NCBI GenBank assembly: GCA_973895155.1
Contig: OZ316894.1
Span: forward strand, 10,819,874 to 10,883,873
Length of the DNA: 64,000 nt
Direction: 5' to 3'
Source of the DNA: Marsupella aquatica
Taxonomy: Eukaryota > Plantae > Marchantiophyta
Position 1 is the first letter of the stretch; each line of letters starts with the position of its first letter. The position numbers and the translations under genes were made by a program. Positions 38,349 through 50,815 of the stretch are shown here, piece after piece. Under the pieces are notes generated by a model that did no database searches, was not told the DNA's origin, and saw nothing but the letters and a program-made list of their open reading frames with translations.

Positions 38349-40199
38349 GAAGATCAAAGAAATCCTTTAAATTAAAATCGTTCTTAAAGAACTTCCCCAG
38401 AAAATTGTAAAAAATACTATTGTCTACATTCGGTGTACTTTGCCTGAGTGCAAATGCAAATGCAGATCATGGTCTAGTGCACCAACATTTTTCCCTCCCA
38501 AAACTCTCCTTGTACTTTGCATTCTTTGCACTCTTACAAGTGCAAAAAAGGGATCACTAAACAACAATGAATATTATAAGTGCAAATGTCTATAAATGTT
38601 ACAAGACAATTTACACTTGCTGATGAGAGCAACATCTCTCCAGAGGGGAGTTATTTCACATATTCTTGACGTGGAGTGGTTGGCAGGGGGTTGAAGGGAA
38701 TTTACTGTTTGTTCAAAAGGGAGTGCATACTTCTGGCTTTGCTTTCTTTGCTTCTGAAAGACTCTATGTCTACTTATTCATGGCATTACTGCTTTCAAAA
38801 TGCCAAACTAAAAAGAAAAATGTCTAGTAGAGTCCTGTACCACTACTTGTTGGAAATAAGAATGTTGACAATTGAGAGTCTCTTGCCTGTCCTAGATTTG
38901 TGAACAGCCTCATGGCAACTTTAAAACAATTCAAGCCCTTAAAAGTTACTTTAGGAGTAAGGAAATCTAAAGTCAGAATCCTTACATGTCTACAAATTTG
39001 TCTCGTGACCAACCTGTTCAGGTTGTTCTGCAGTTTAACCAGGAGTTTTAGTTTATTGCCTAGTCGCAATTTAGTTCCTTTGCCGTAGTTGGGGACTTGA
39101 GGGCTTTTTGGCTCTTTGGTCCTCTTGAGGTTTTTCCCTTGTTTTGTCTCCCTCAAATGAGTCTCACGCAACACTTTTTCTTATTTGGCTTCTTCTTTGG
39201 CAGTTTGATGTATAAAGCATTATTGAAAAGAAAAATGAGACATATTAGAGAGGGCTAAGGTAGGGGCTATGGTAGGGTGGTGTCACCTGTTCTGGAAATG
39301 TGAAGGTGACAGGCATTCCTAGATCACCTGCTCAGAAGTCCATCAAAGTCACCATTGGCATCGTTGGGACTACAGTATCCTGTTTTAGCAATCATAAAAG
39401 AAATTTCCTGCCCATAACCATCTTGGCAAATGAGGAAGGGTCAGCAATAGCCAAGAGACATGGGAAACAAATTTTGGGAGGGTCGCAAGCATCGTTGCAA
39501 GAGGTTGCAATCCTACCACAAACTCCCAAATCCCGCCCTCAAACCTGACCATCATGTGTAAGTCTGTTATGACAAGGGACTCCTCTAAGGCAAAGTGGCA
39601 TAGTAGTGAGGTTGTTAACCCCATCAGATATCAGGTATCAGTCAGCTACGGAAACAAGACAGCCGAGTTAACTAGGGAAAAGAGCAGAGTTTTGAAAGGA
39701 TTATTTTAAAAATATTGTCAATTCAGTGGGGTCATTGAGTTAGACTGATATCACCTGTAAATATCACATTATATTGGACAGGGTTGCAACACTCCATAAT
39801 TGTCAATTATACTTCAGGGGTCATTAGCATTTACACCCCCTGATAAGTGTGTGTTCATAATGAATGTGAAAACTTGGAAGCTCAATCCACTGGACATGTG
39901 AGCCATTAAATTAAAAAAACAAGTTGTCAGTGACAACACTGTAGAAAGGGTTTTGGGGCACTGAGAGGATTTGCTTGGGAAGGAAAGTACATGACAAAAT
40001 GGAAATCTTTGCAATGTGCCCAGGTGGTAAAAAGGAAAACCCTACTAGTACGAGACAAGCGCGGCTCTGTGGGTTAAAGGCTGCCCCATGCTATCTATAC
40101 ATGGTTGTTCTATATATAATTCGTATGAAGAGAGACTTTGGTCGTATTGATGGACTATACTCTTTACAGGATGACATGCTGATTGTGGATGTAAGCCCA

Positions 40200-40606
40200 C
40201 TATGGTTTTTTGAACCACCTTGAATTTGTTTTAGTCTGTTCGTCCTGGCGCCTCGCATGTGAGGTTGTTACAGGTTTAGATGTAGTGACTTTGTTCAGTT
40301 GGATTATCCTTTCTTCTGGATTTTCACCTGGGTTCAGTGCTTTCAGTTCTAGTACATTGCTAGTTCTCTTCCTGGACTTTTGGTTGAGTTAGCCCTCACA
40401 GCTGTTTTGCTTTTTAGCTTTTTTGGTGGGGGACTTTAGGTCTCCTTTTTACTCTACCTTTTCATCCTGTCCCTCTTTTCTGGATGCGTCTGGCTTATGA
40501 GTGGTGTTCAGCCTTCGCCCTGTTGTGGGTCTGGCTTTTTTACTCCCTGGTTTATTGGGATTTACTTTTCTTATGAGTAAAATGTTCCTTTCAAGATAAA
40601 AAAAAA
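40200..40606 (+). mobile_element. LINE-like 3' UTR relic with A tail
   Basis: T-rich body ending TATTGGGATTTACTTTTCTTATGAGTAAAATGTTCCTTTCAAGAT-A9. Same 3' end as the reverse complement of 50397-50460. The 5' boundary is uncertain. Confidence 0.55.
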
Positions 40607-41399
40607 TTGGTCTAACCCGCTGTATTTATTGTTGCTGCCCATTCCTCGCTGTGCACTATTTTGAGTCATGCACCATATTTGCCGAAACGGTCTGGTCTTG
40701 TTTTCGGTCAATCACAAAGTTGCCGTCATGTTTGCGAAATCAAATCTAATCCCCGACTGTACTAATAGGTTCCGGGCTGATTCTCTTATTCGGAGGTCAG
40801 GTACGGGCGGTAGTTTTCCGTAGTCTGACCGGGAGAAAATCTCACACTCCTGGGGGCATTTTTTTCGCCCTCACTGCTACTGCCCGGGAAACGTACGGGT
40901 GCCGGTGCAGAAAGACGGCCGTATACGAACCCTTGGCCGGGGCCGAGGCCAGGCAGCAGACACCTGCGCCATTTTCGTGACCCACACCTGCCTGCCCGCT
41001 CCCGTCCGCCCACCCACGGGGCTGCCCTGTACGCTATCGGGTCATCAGAGTTCCCGGAAAACTAAAAGCGCGTGCTTTCGAGGAGCTTAGTACCCGTACC
41101 GTGTTATGGGAGTTTGTGAGGACCGAAAAAGTGCATCGTTCCGAGCCGACCGCCGCGAACTGACCGTCCAGGGTCCCGGCCGTGCGCTGCTAGCTGGGCG
41201 AATGCACGCGGCGCCGGTCGGCGACCGGTTCCTACATCTCTCGCGGCTCGCGCACAAACGCAGAGGGGCAAAACAAGTATACGTGGCCCGGTCAAGCGAA
41301 AGCGTCATGAGGCGCAGCAGCCGAATGAAGGGAGCGGAGAGACAAAACAAAAGAAGAAAGGCGACGATACGATACGGGACAGAAAAAGAAGGAAACGAG

Positions 41400-42310
41400 A
41401 CACAGCAGCCCAGCCCAGTCCAGCCGAGCCCTGCCCGGCCCGCCCAGCCAGGCAGCCAGGCAGCCGGCACGCGGCTCTGCCTGCTTGCCCGGACGTGGTG
41501 TTCATAACGGAAGAAGAACAAACGGACGGACGGACGGACGGACGGGCGGACGGACGCGACCGGATGGATCTGTCGATGGATGAATGGACGGATCGGAAGT
41601 GAGTAGTCGGATTGTTTGCTGACGGAAAGCAGAGCGAATACAGTTGTGTGTACGTATGGGGCGAAAATGGGTATGGTATGGTATGGGATGTGTCCACGCG
41701 GCTGGGATGCGATGCGATGCGATGCGATGGGTGGGGTGGTGACGATCCCGGAGCCGAGCCAATGAGGTGAGCTGAGGTGGGCAGTCGGAATTGAGGAGGA
41801 AAGGAAAGGAAAGGAAAGGAAAGGAAAGGCGAGGAAAGGAAAGGGAACGAGGAGAAAGAAGCGAAAGAAGAGAGGAGAGGGGAAAGGAAAAGAAGGGATG
41901 GGTGGCGAAGTGTGAACAAGGAAGGAAGGGAAAGTGGGTTTGCTTGATGCTTGCGTGCTTGCGGGACTGGCTTTGGGTTGTTGCCAATCTCGCATTGCCT
42001 TTTGCTTGATTGCTGGTGGCTGCTGCTTTGCTCTCCTCTCCACTCCTCTCCTCTCCCGTCGCTGGCTGGAGCTGCTTGCTTGCCTTGCCTTGCCTTGCCT
42101 TACGTCGCCTCTCAGAGAGCAGCAGTTGTAGCGTGCTCGAAGAAGAAAGAGAGAGTGGCATGGGCGAGGCGAGGCGAGGGAGTGTGGGTGCTGTGAAAGT
42201 GCTCGCTCGCGCATGCTGCGAGAAGTAGCACGACCTTCGAGTGACTGAGTGAGTGACTGAGTGAGTGATCTGACTTATCTATCTGAGAGAGGGAGAGAGG
42301 AGAGAGCTAA
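41400..42310. repeat. Compound microsatellite block upstream of the LBD gene
   Basis: Successive (CAGCC), (GGAC), (GGTAT), (GATGC), (GGAAA), (CTCTC), (CCTTG), (GGCGA), (GAGT) and (GA) runs. Confidence 0.85.
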
Positions 42311-43350
42311 GTTAGCCATCTCTGAGAGTGAGTGTGGTGAGTGAGGGACGGGAGGAGGGGGGAGGGGAGAAGAAACAGCTGCGGGGTGAATGCGGGATGT
42401 GGTGCGAGGGCAGGCGAGCGAGGTGCGGGCATGCAGGAGGGGAGCCGAGAGCTACAAAAGCGGGGAGGAGGAGATTTGCCTGGGGAATGTGAGGAAAGAT
42501 AGGTGGGGAGTGTGCACGAGTGGTGGTGCAGCCTGGAATTTGGGTTGGCAAGAGGTGGTGGTAGTCGTAGCTAAGAGGAGCACACCACTCATACCGGCGG
42601 CGTAGGGAACGGAGCGCACGATAGTATTGTTGCGCGCATGCGTATGTTGGGTTTCTGTTGGTATTGTCGTCACCAGCAGCGTTTTTACTGAGAGGAAGTT
42701 GGGTGGTGGTGGCGCTGGTGCTGCACCTGGAAAGGAGGGTGGTGGTGGGAGGGAGGGAGGTAGGGAGAGGGACGGACCTTGAAGACTCCGGTTTACTTGT
42801 GCGTAGTGTGGTCGAGCAGAATTTAGTGATTCGAGCGGAGCGTGTACCGCCTCCTCTCCTCTTCCTGCAGCGAGCGAGCCAGCCAGTCGTACTCGGTCCA
42901 GTGGCGCAAGACGTAATTGTGTGTGAGATTGATTCCTCTCAGGTTGCCTGATTGCACAGGGAAATATGGCTAGTCACTGGAGGATCCGCCTCGGGGGGCG
43001 TAGATAGATGATGGGGAAACCTTGTGACCTGGTGGACAATCGGAGGATGTGGGGGTCAACCACGGACTCGACTGGTGGATGGTGATGCTATGGAGTAGAT
43101 CCACAGTCTCTAGATTATTGAATTGCGTGATTTGTTCGCGCGGAATCCGCCGTGGGAAAGTCGGGATTTTGGAAATTGGTCTGGAATTGAGATGGCCTTG
43201 TGCTCGATGATTGCGGAGTATGAGTAGGTATGTGCCGGGTCCCTGTGGTTGGACGACACTGCGGTGACTTTCGAGTCTCTTAGGGTCGACCTCGTTTCTC
43301 GACGAATTCCAACACCCAGCCATTTTCTCTTTTTTCAACCTCCTCTTCAG

Positions 43351-43452
43351 GTGGTTGACGAAGACTCGAATCCGTCGTCCGACTGCGGACTGTCGTCCAG
43401 GTTCGAAGCATTGTCTTCAGACTGACAGACCGCCTGTCGAACACCTGTAGAG
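43351..43452 (+). other. Probable 5' UTR exon of the LBD gene
   Basis: Polypyrimidine tract plus ttcag| at 43350 and donor GAG|gtcagt at 43453. The next acceptor gacag| at 43611 is 3 nt before the ATG. Confidence 0.55.
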
Positions 43453-43614
43453 GTCAGTTCCATTCTCGCTTGCTGTCTGAACGAACATATCGTGTATCTG
43501 TCACGCAGCTATCCGATGGTTTTGCCATGAATTTCGGGGTTCCGCTTTCCGTGATTCTCATCATCTGATAAGAGTAAACGTTGACCGGTGGTGACATTTA
43601 TCATTCGACAGGAA

Positions 43615-44295
43615 ATGGCGTCGTCATCGAGCTCGCCTTGCGCGGCCTGTAAATTCCTCAGACGGAAGTGTACAGCCGAGTGCGTGTTTGCTCCTTACTT
43701 CCCACCGGATCAGCCGCATAAGTTCGCCAACGTTCACAAAATATTTGGCGCAAGTAACATCACAAAGCTTTTGAATGAGCTTCCCGTGCATCAACGGGAA
43801 GACGCTGTCAATTCTCTCGCATATGAAGCCGACGCCCGGGTCAAAGATCCAGTGTATGGGTGCGTGGGAGCGATCTCGGTTTTGCAACGACAAGTCGCGC
43901 AACTACAGGCTGAATTGAACCTGGCGCATTCCGATCTGGCAAGGTACGCCGGGGCCGGAGGGATGATGGCTGTCCCCGGGAATGTAACTCAAGGACTGCC
44001 CGCTTCATCGCTCGGAATTGGAATGAATTTGTCTGGACCCCACTCGCGCGAACAGCAGCAGCAGCAGCAGATGCTGTCTCGAGATCACTACCTCGAGATG
44101 TCAAGGGAGGCACCACAGCACATGACCAGGGACCAGCTGCGAGACATTACTAGGGTTGGGGGAGGATCCTATGAAGCTGGACTTGCGGCCTTGGGCATGG
44201 CTGGTCCGCTGGGACCACTCCCTTTCCCTTCTCGTCAGGGAAGCGACGGTGGTTCGAGCGGAAGCGGTATGGGCGGACACTTGTCTCCTCAGTGA
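43615..44295 (+). CDS. LBD: Class I LOB-domain (LBD/ASL) transcription factor, AS2/LOB clade, 226 aa
   Basis: CX2CX6CX3C motif (CAACKFLRRKCTAEC), GAS block (FANVHKIFGASN...DPVYGCVG) and leucine-zipper-like LQRQVAQLQAELNL. The ATG at 43615 follows a splice acceptor, so the ORF-track GTG extension from 43588 is probably intronic. Confidence 0.96.
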   Translation: MASSSSSPCAACKFLRRKCTAECVFAPYFPPDQPHKFANVHKIFGASNITKLLNELPVHQREDAVNSLAYEADARVKDPVYGCVGAISVLQRQVAQLQAELNLAHSDLARYAGAGGMMAVPGNVTQGLPASSLGIGMNLSGPHSREQQQQQQMLSRDHYLEMSREAPQHMTRDQLRDITRVGGGSYEAGLAALGMAGPLGPLPFPSRQGSDGGSSGSGMGGHLSPQ

Positions 44296-47200
44296 GCCAT
44301 TTCAGGTACGGTGTTTTCTCTCGCCCCGGCTCCAAGGTGATGTATTTCTGGGCCGGAGCTGATGCTCGCCCAATCAATTGGTCCAGCTCGATAGATCTGA
44401 GTGCTGTGGGCTCTTGACGACGACGTTGTAAGTTGTGCGCACTAGAGCTCTAGTTTCCTGTCTGGGCTTGAGCTCGTGGTCACTTCACATGAGGTCAATG
44501 TACTACTCCGCGCAAGCATCTAGCAATGTCATGAGTGGAAAAAAATGGGACGACGATGTCAGGACTGGTGCCGGCAGCGGTTGGTACCCTCTCGATTGCT
44601 CGCTCTCTGATTGTGGTGGGTTGTGTTTGGTCACAGGCTGATGCGGTGTCCGGACTAGAAAGTGTGGAGCTTAGGGACTTTTGACTATATATATTAAGAC
44701 ACGCACGGACACTGAACGAGAGCTCAGCGTGGAGCGCCGGACGGACGGGAGGATTATCTATCATTCTGTCAGTGGGGGACAGAAGAAGGAGAGGGTGGTT
44801 TCTTGTGAGGAGCAGTGATATGATCACGAATGGATATCAACATCAAAAAAACAGCAGTAGATTGAGCGAATGATTACAGAGGGGGGAGGGGAGGGGATGG
44901 TGTTATTTTTATCTGTAGGAGGTAGCTTGTGAGTGGGGAGCGCTTTGGACTCTGATTCTTCTTCTTTCTTCTTCTTCATCTTCCTGGACCCTTTGAAAGG
45001 GTTGTATGAAACATATCAACTCAGTCGGGTTCTCCGAGGGCACTGCTCACCGGGCTCCTGCAGCCGCTCCTGCAGCCCAGAGGTCGGGCAGATTCATGGG
45101 TAGCCAAGGGGGAGCCCATGCCACATGGGGGCAGCTAGAGGCGGGCAGATCTTGGAGGATCTTAACAGAAGAAGCTCGTTCTGTACAAAGGAACCCTGTG
45201 CATATCGGCTCTCTCGTGGGGTAGAAATTGACCCTGGCACAGACTTAATAGAGCACAACTTACGGCACCCAATTGCTGGGAGCAAGTCAACAATGATTCC
45301 TGGGTGGCACTCAGTGCTGCAGGAGTTGCGGCTGACACAATGTTACGTCTCGGACCTATGGTGCTGTTGCGGGCTGAGCTTCTGTTGACTCCTTCCTCTT
45401 GGGGGTTTGCTTAGTGGCTCTCAACAGCTTTCTGGGCACGCACAGAGACAGCAGAAGGTCCGGTGCGTAACAGAGTGGATCTTCGATTGCTGATGAGGAG
45501 TTTTGGTGGCGACGAGGGGGGAACAAATTGTTATACTTGTCACGATTTTAAGTGGTCATTTGGCTCCCTATCGTTTGTAGGTAATTTAGGAATGACCCGC
45601 TGGCCAAGACTGGTGTAATATCCGTAATACTCTCAGACTGGGCGGCGGTAGATTTCTGAGGAGGAATAGAATGATTTGATCCGGGACAGGCTCTGGGTTG
45701 TAAATGTAACTCCCACTATGATGATGGAATGAGAGGCGATACAGTGTAGTTAGGATACTTGCTTTCTGTACCAGGTGGACAGATTTCGGAAAGATCAAGC
45801 GCTGCTCCCATCAGGTTTCAAGCCACAGCTGCTATGGACTGGACATTGGGCTCCTTACAGGGAGTGGATTGTCGCTGCTTGCTGGCTGCCATTTCCGGTG
45901 AGCTGCCTAGATGTTAATCTTCTGTTGCTTGACTCTCTCCTTCTGCCATTGCGGTAGTCCTGGTACTGTACTCCCGGGACAGACGCAGGAGTTCTTTCAG
46001 TCAACCAGATGGATTACTCCTGCCTGACGGTCACAAGTGCTTTTCATCCTACAAGTCCACGAAGAATCACAAGCAATGGCTACCAAGTCACCAGGAGATT
46101 ACAGGCAGCTTGTACAGAGCCAGTAATCCTATTTATATTCTTTAATTTGGAGCTTCTTACCTTCAATTGTTCACAATAATAGCTGGAAGGAGGACAGATT
46201 CGCACAAGTTGATCATAGTACTTACATTTTTTAGGTTCAATCTTTTAGTTGCCCATCTGGGAGTAGCACATTAGAACTGTAATGTGTATTTCGACACCCT
46301 TGTGGCTACTGGCCTTAGTAAAATGTTCAGTCTGACTAGCTAGGGTTTGGGATGGCGTTGGGTTGAAACTTCATAGTTTAATTTGTGCAGCATTGTTGTT
46401 CAACGCCACTGTGTAGGTTATCAATGTAGAATTAGCCACAGTAAGACACTCCATACCAAGAATTCAAGCGTTATGTTCTGCATTGAGTTGGAGATCGATT
46501 ACGCCTAGGGCAATTTTCCCTGGCAACAATTTTTTCATGAGTCTCATTGACTCAATCGCTTCAATCGTCAACATCATGCATGATTGCCTTTTCCTTGCAT
46601 CTATTACTTCTCTCAATTGGATGGCTCTGGATTTGGAAGAGTGGACCTGATGTCCATAGTCTCTACTGAAGGTCAACAGAAAGATGTCATTCTGGACTTG
46701 TCCAACTTTTGTGCACTGAGTTTTGAAGCTAATCTGCAGTAGCTTTGATTGATCCATGGCCTCTTAACACTAGTTGTATCAGTGACATGTCTGTCATTGT
46801 CAAGTGCCAGATGATCCCATCCTACCGTTGTCAGTTCAATTGACACTTGGTCTTCTGCTGTTGAGGTTATGGATTTTGAAATGAGGCCCCTTTTGTATGA
46901 TCTTTGTCCCACAGATCAAGCCATTTCAGACTCACCTTACTTGTTAAGACTTGTGTCAGCTGATTGATTGCTTAGTCGATGGCAAGGGAGTGCACGTAGA
47001 TAAGAAAGTTGATGTAGTCCTCCCATAAAAGAGCAAGCAAATCCAGGTGGATACTAGATTGATGAATGCATTTTACAGTGTTTTACTAAAAAAATTCATT
47101 CATCAATTTGGTCTCCACCTGAATTTGTGGGGCTGTCATACATTCTGCATGTTTGAACTTTTCTCATCACAAGTCATTCTCACCCCCAGGTTTGTACTTT

Positions 47201-50200
47201 AATATGATATGGTCCAATGGTTTGATCTCATGTCCTATGGTGAGTCACCATCTCTCTTTCTGGGCTAGGAGTTATCATGGCCCCTGACTCCTGATCTTTC
47301 TGGATTGTTGTCCATTCAATATGGAGGGCCTCACCAGACCCATCATATCTCGAGTGAGCCCAGGTCGAAATCATGAAAGGTTTGTGACTTTGTCTCCCAT
47401 ATAATCTGTCATTGTTATGTGGCTGAACAATTTATCACTCCTGAGGAAGAAATCCAAACAAGAAAATGAGTTGAAGCTGCCATGGTTATTGCCTTTGCCA
47501 TTGTTGACCTTTCGTTTGCACTCTACTGGCAGGTCAGCCATTGGGAGCCAGCTATGTGGAAACGCATCTTAGTAATAACAAGCCAAGCTTTACCCCTCCA
47601 ACTGGCCAATGGCTTTATGCTTCTTTGTGGTGACTGCTTCCTCAAGGTATATGCTTGATGGGCCCCCAGAATGAAAAGTGTTACTTGATGGGACCCCCTA
47701 ATGATCCAGACCACTGATATACCTCAAGAGACTTGAACTCAATGTACCCAAAACCTCATGGGGTTGATTGGAGAGAAAAGCTTGCTTTGGGGGTCCATCA
47801 AGCAAATACCTCATGCGTCCTCATGTGTTTCCTCAAAAGATTGTGGCAGCACACTGCAAAGTTTGCCTCAGTCAATCTTACACTAGTACCTGGGGAGCCC
47901 TATGGTTGTGGCCAAATCCTTTTCATAGGGAGTGCCAAAGTCCGCTGAAGAATCTTCTTCACCTGTGGTACCCTGGTCGAAAAGAGAAACAACAGTGATA
48001 CCTCAATTGACGCAGTAACCACCAAGCTTGTAGTCCTTATCGACCTAAGGGCACATTGGGCTATCTCATCGAGGACCTGGCACATGACATTGCCTTTTTG
48101 GTCAAACCTACCACAATGCACATCAATTTTATGGCTGATTCTTCAGCCTTCTTACTAGGTCTATTTCAATAGATTATTTTTGGACTTGGTTTTGTTATAT
48201 AAATACTTGGTGCTCTCCTTCCATAAACTCGTCAAATTGATAGGTGTTGATAAGACTGAAGTGGCAGACTTTTTGCTATGAGTATGTTTTTTTGTGTTAA
48301 TTAAAAACTCACATGGGGACGAAGAAACAACACTGGAGATCAAAGTTGTGTCAGAAGTTTGAATTCTCCCTCTGTCAGAAAATTAATAAGGTATTTAGCA
48401 GTGGATCCCACCGCCATAAGAGCAAGTGCTAAAATATATGCCAACCACCTGCATGCATGCAATTCCATGGCCCACCTCTGCCAATCTAAAGGAAGCATAT
48501 GAACCCACCTAGGGGGAAGGGGAAGAAGAATGTGAGTTAACCCAAACAGGAAAGAGACTGTCTACAGCATCTGCTACTCCTGACCTGTCCCAAGGTGGGG
48601 AATTTCTTTTCTGGATGGAAAGGTGACCAGCACTAGGTTACTCACATAGGAGGACCGCAGCGTAAGCTAGTGATTAACACAAAGAACAAACAAAATTTGC
48701 CGAACCAAAAATCGCCCAAGTGGGAACTGCGGCATCGCCAAGACCACGCCCGGGACAGTGAGTCAGTAAGATGAGACCTTGGTTGTTGTGTGATTTGTAG
48801 TCAGTCGCTTAGTCCTATAGTGCATCTCGCTTCGCGAAGATCTGCAATTTTTTTGATTAATTTCTATTCCAGAAAATGACTCAATGCCAAAATATTACTA
48901 TCCAGGTCAAATCTTCTAATCTTCTAATTCATGTTTGTATTGAAAAATCAATGTTTACATCACGATGGTAAGCATATTCTCAAACTTTCTATCTTTCCCC
49001 TAACTCCAAAATTAATTAATTTAAGTAAACAAGGGGGAATTTCCTTTGTCTCAAAGGTGGAAGTAGACTGTTGTGATTTTTCTGGTGACAAATCAACAAT
49101 TTTTTTAACTACAAGAAATATTTACACCAGATGTTTAGAATCTTGCGAGATAAATTTTAAAAATATTCTAAGCACCTGGTGTAAACACTGACTCTTCAAT
49201 GTATAAGTTGATCAGGAAATGAAAATATTTTAAGAATATCCTGACCTTAAAATGATGCTCTCATGGGCTGAGCACATGATCCATGCAACCCCCATGGACC
49301 ATGACACCTTTTAAGCATACATTCATTGACACACTTTTTGTTTCCAAAAAGCTTTCAACAGCAAAGTTTAACCTTCAACATCTCCCTTTCTGTCCAGTGG
49401 AATTAGGCTTGTTGGAAGCTGCTTTGAAAAATATTCTCAACTAGTCTGATAACTCTAATTACATGAATATTTGAGAGAGCCATGAATTCTTGAAGAGGAG
49501 TCCATCACTCACTGTCCACACTTCAAACTTTTTAAAGTTTTTTAGCAGCTAACTTTAATTTTAGTATGTCCCTCAATATCCATTAGAATCTTGTTTTCTT
49601 GGTTTTAGAAATGTCTTGGGAAGAACTTTCCAATGAGCCTAAAAGAGTCTAAATTTATTGAGAATTGAGAGAAGTACAAATTGTGTAATCCACGTTTTTG
49701 TCACATTTCATTCATTTGTGTCATCTGTAGAGTAGAAAGAGATTTTTGAAACAATCCATGGTTGCAAAAATCCATCCCAGCCATTCGGAAAACATGAAGG
49801 TCCATCGGAGGTTCAATTTTGTACCTCGTGTTATTTACTAAAATGAAAACATAATGAATGTTTGTGTACAGGGATATCACTACAGTAGTTGCATCACGAA
49901 ATTATAATCATGATTCAATAATTGTATTGAAAATAATGGAATTTGAGGCCACATTATAACGACTTAGTGACACAGATTGCTTCCCTTACATAGTACTGGA
50001 GTGTTAATTAATACTCCGGGCCCCCTTTTCTTTCGAGAAAAAGTCTGGCACGCTCTCAACTTGTGCACTCACAACACCACCAGTGTCCAGAAAAGTCTTC
50101 GCAAATTATGGGTTCGGTCACCTAATTCTGTGGATGGATTGCAAAATTCTGTAACGGTTTGGAATTCAGTTTTGCACAATTCCAGGGCTTCACTGCTATT

Positions 50201-50396
50201 GGATGAATGGATTTTTCATCATTTGATTGAGCCAGACACTAAGGGCCTTCCGGTACTCGTTCCTACTTGATGGGCAATGCCCTCTCGGTTTGCGCCAAAA
50301 TAAATAAATCATCATTTTTGTGAATCTGATTGACAAAATATTCTAGAGTGATTAGTTTCAAAAATATTCCAAGCACCTTGATGTAAAGTGGATTTT

Positions 50397-50815
50397 ATTT
50401 TATTTTGTCTTGAATGGAGCACTTTACTTACAAGGAAAGTAAAACCCAATACAATGGGAAGTAAAACTGCCAGACCACAAAAACAGGTCGAAGGCCAGAC
50501 GTCACACGAGGACCAAACACATTCGGTCAAGTGGACAAGGCCAACAAGGAGAAAAAACAAGTGGAAAGCGACCAGACCATCGCCCAAACAAAACAAAACA
50601 AAAGACAACCGCAGAAATGAGGGCTCACTCAATCTAAGGCGCAGGGAGAGAACCCAAAAACATAAGGCTCTGACCGACTGCATCCCAGCGAAAATCCCAA
50701 CAGAAAAAGGATCTCCTATCCGCAGAAACAACGACTACACAAAAAATTACACAAGCGACGGAATGCTCTGAGCAAATCAAGGTGGGTCAAATAACCAGAC
50801 CGGGCTGAAGTAAAA
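50397..50815 (-). mobile_element. 5'-truncated LINE/SINE-like insertion with 14-bp TSD
   Basis: Direct repeat GTAAAGTGGATTTT at 50383-50396 and 50816-50829. The minus strand ends GTAAAGTGCTCCATTCAAGAC(AAAAT)n. Related to 40200-40606. Confidence 0.75.

Noticed and set aside
41087-42228. Long ORFs of 375, 219 and 204 aa
   Set aside because: Products of stop-poor microsatellites, open in several frames and low in complexity.
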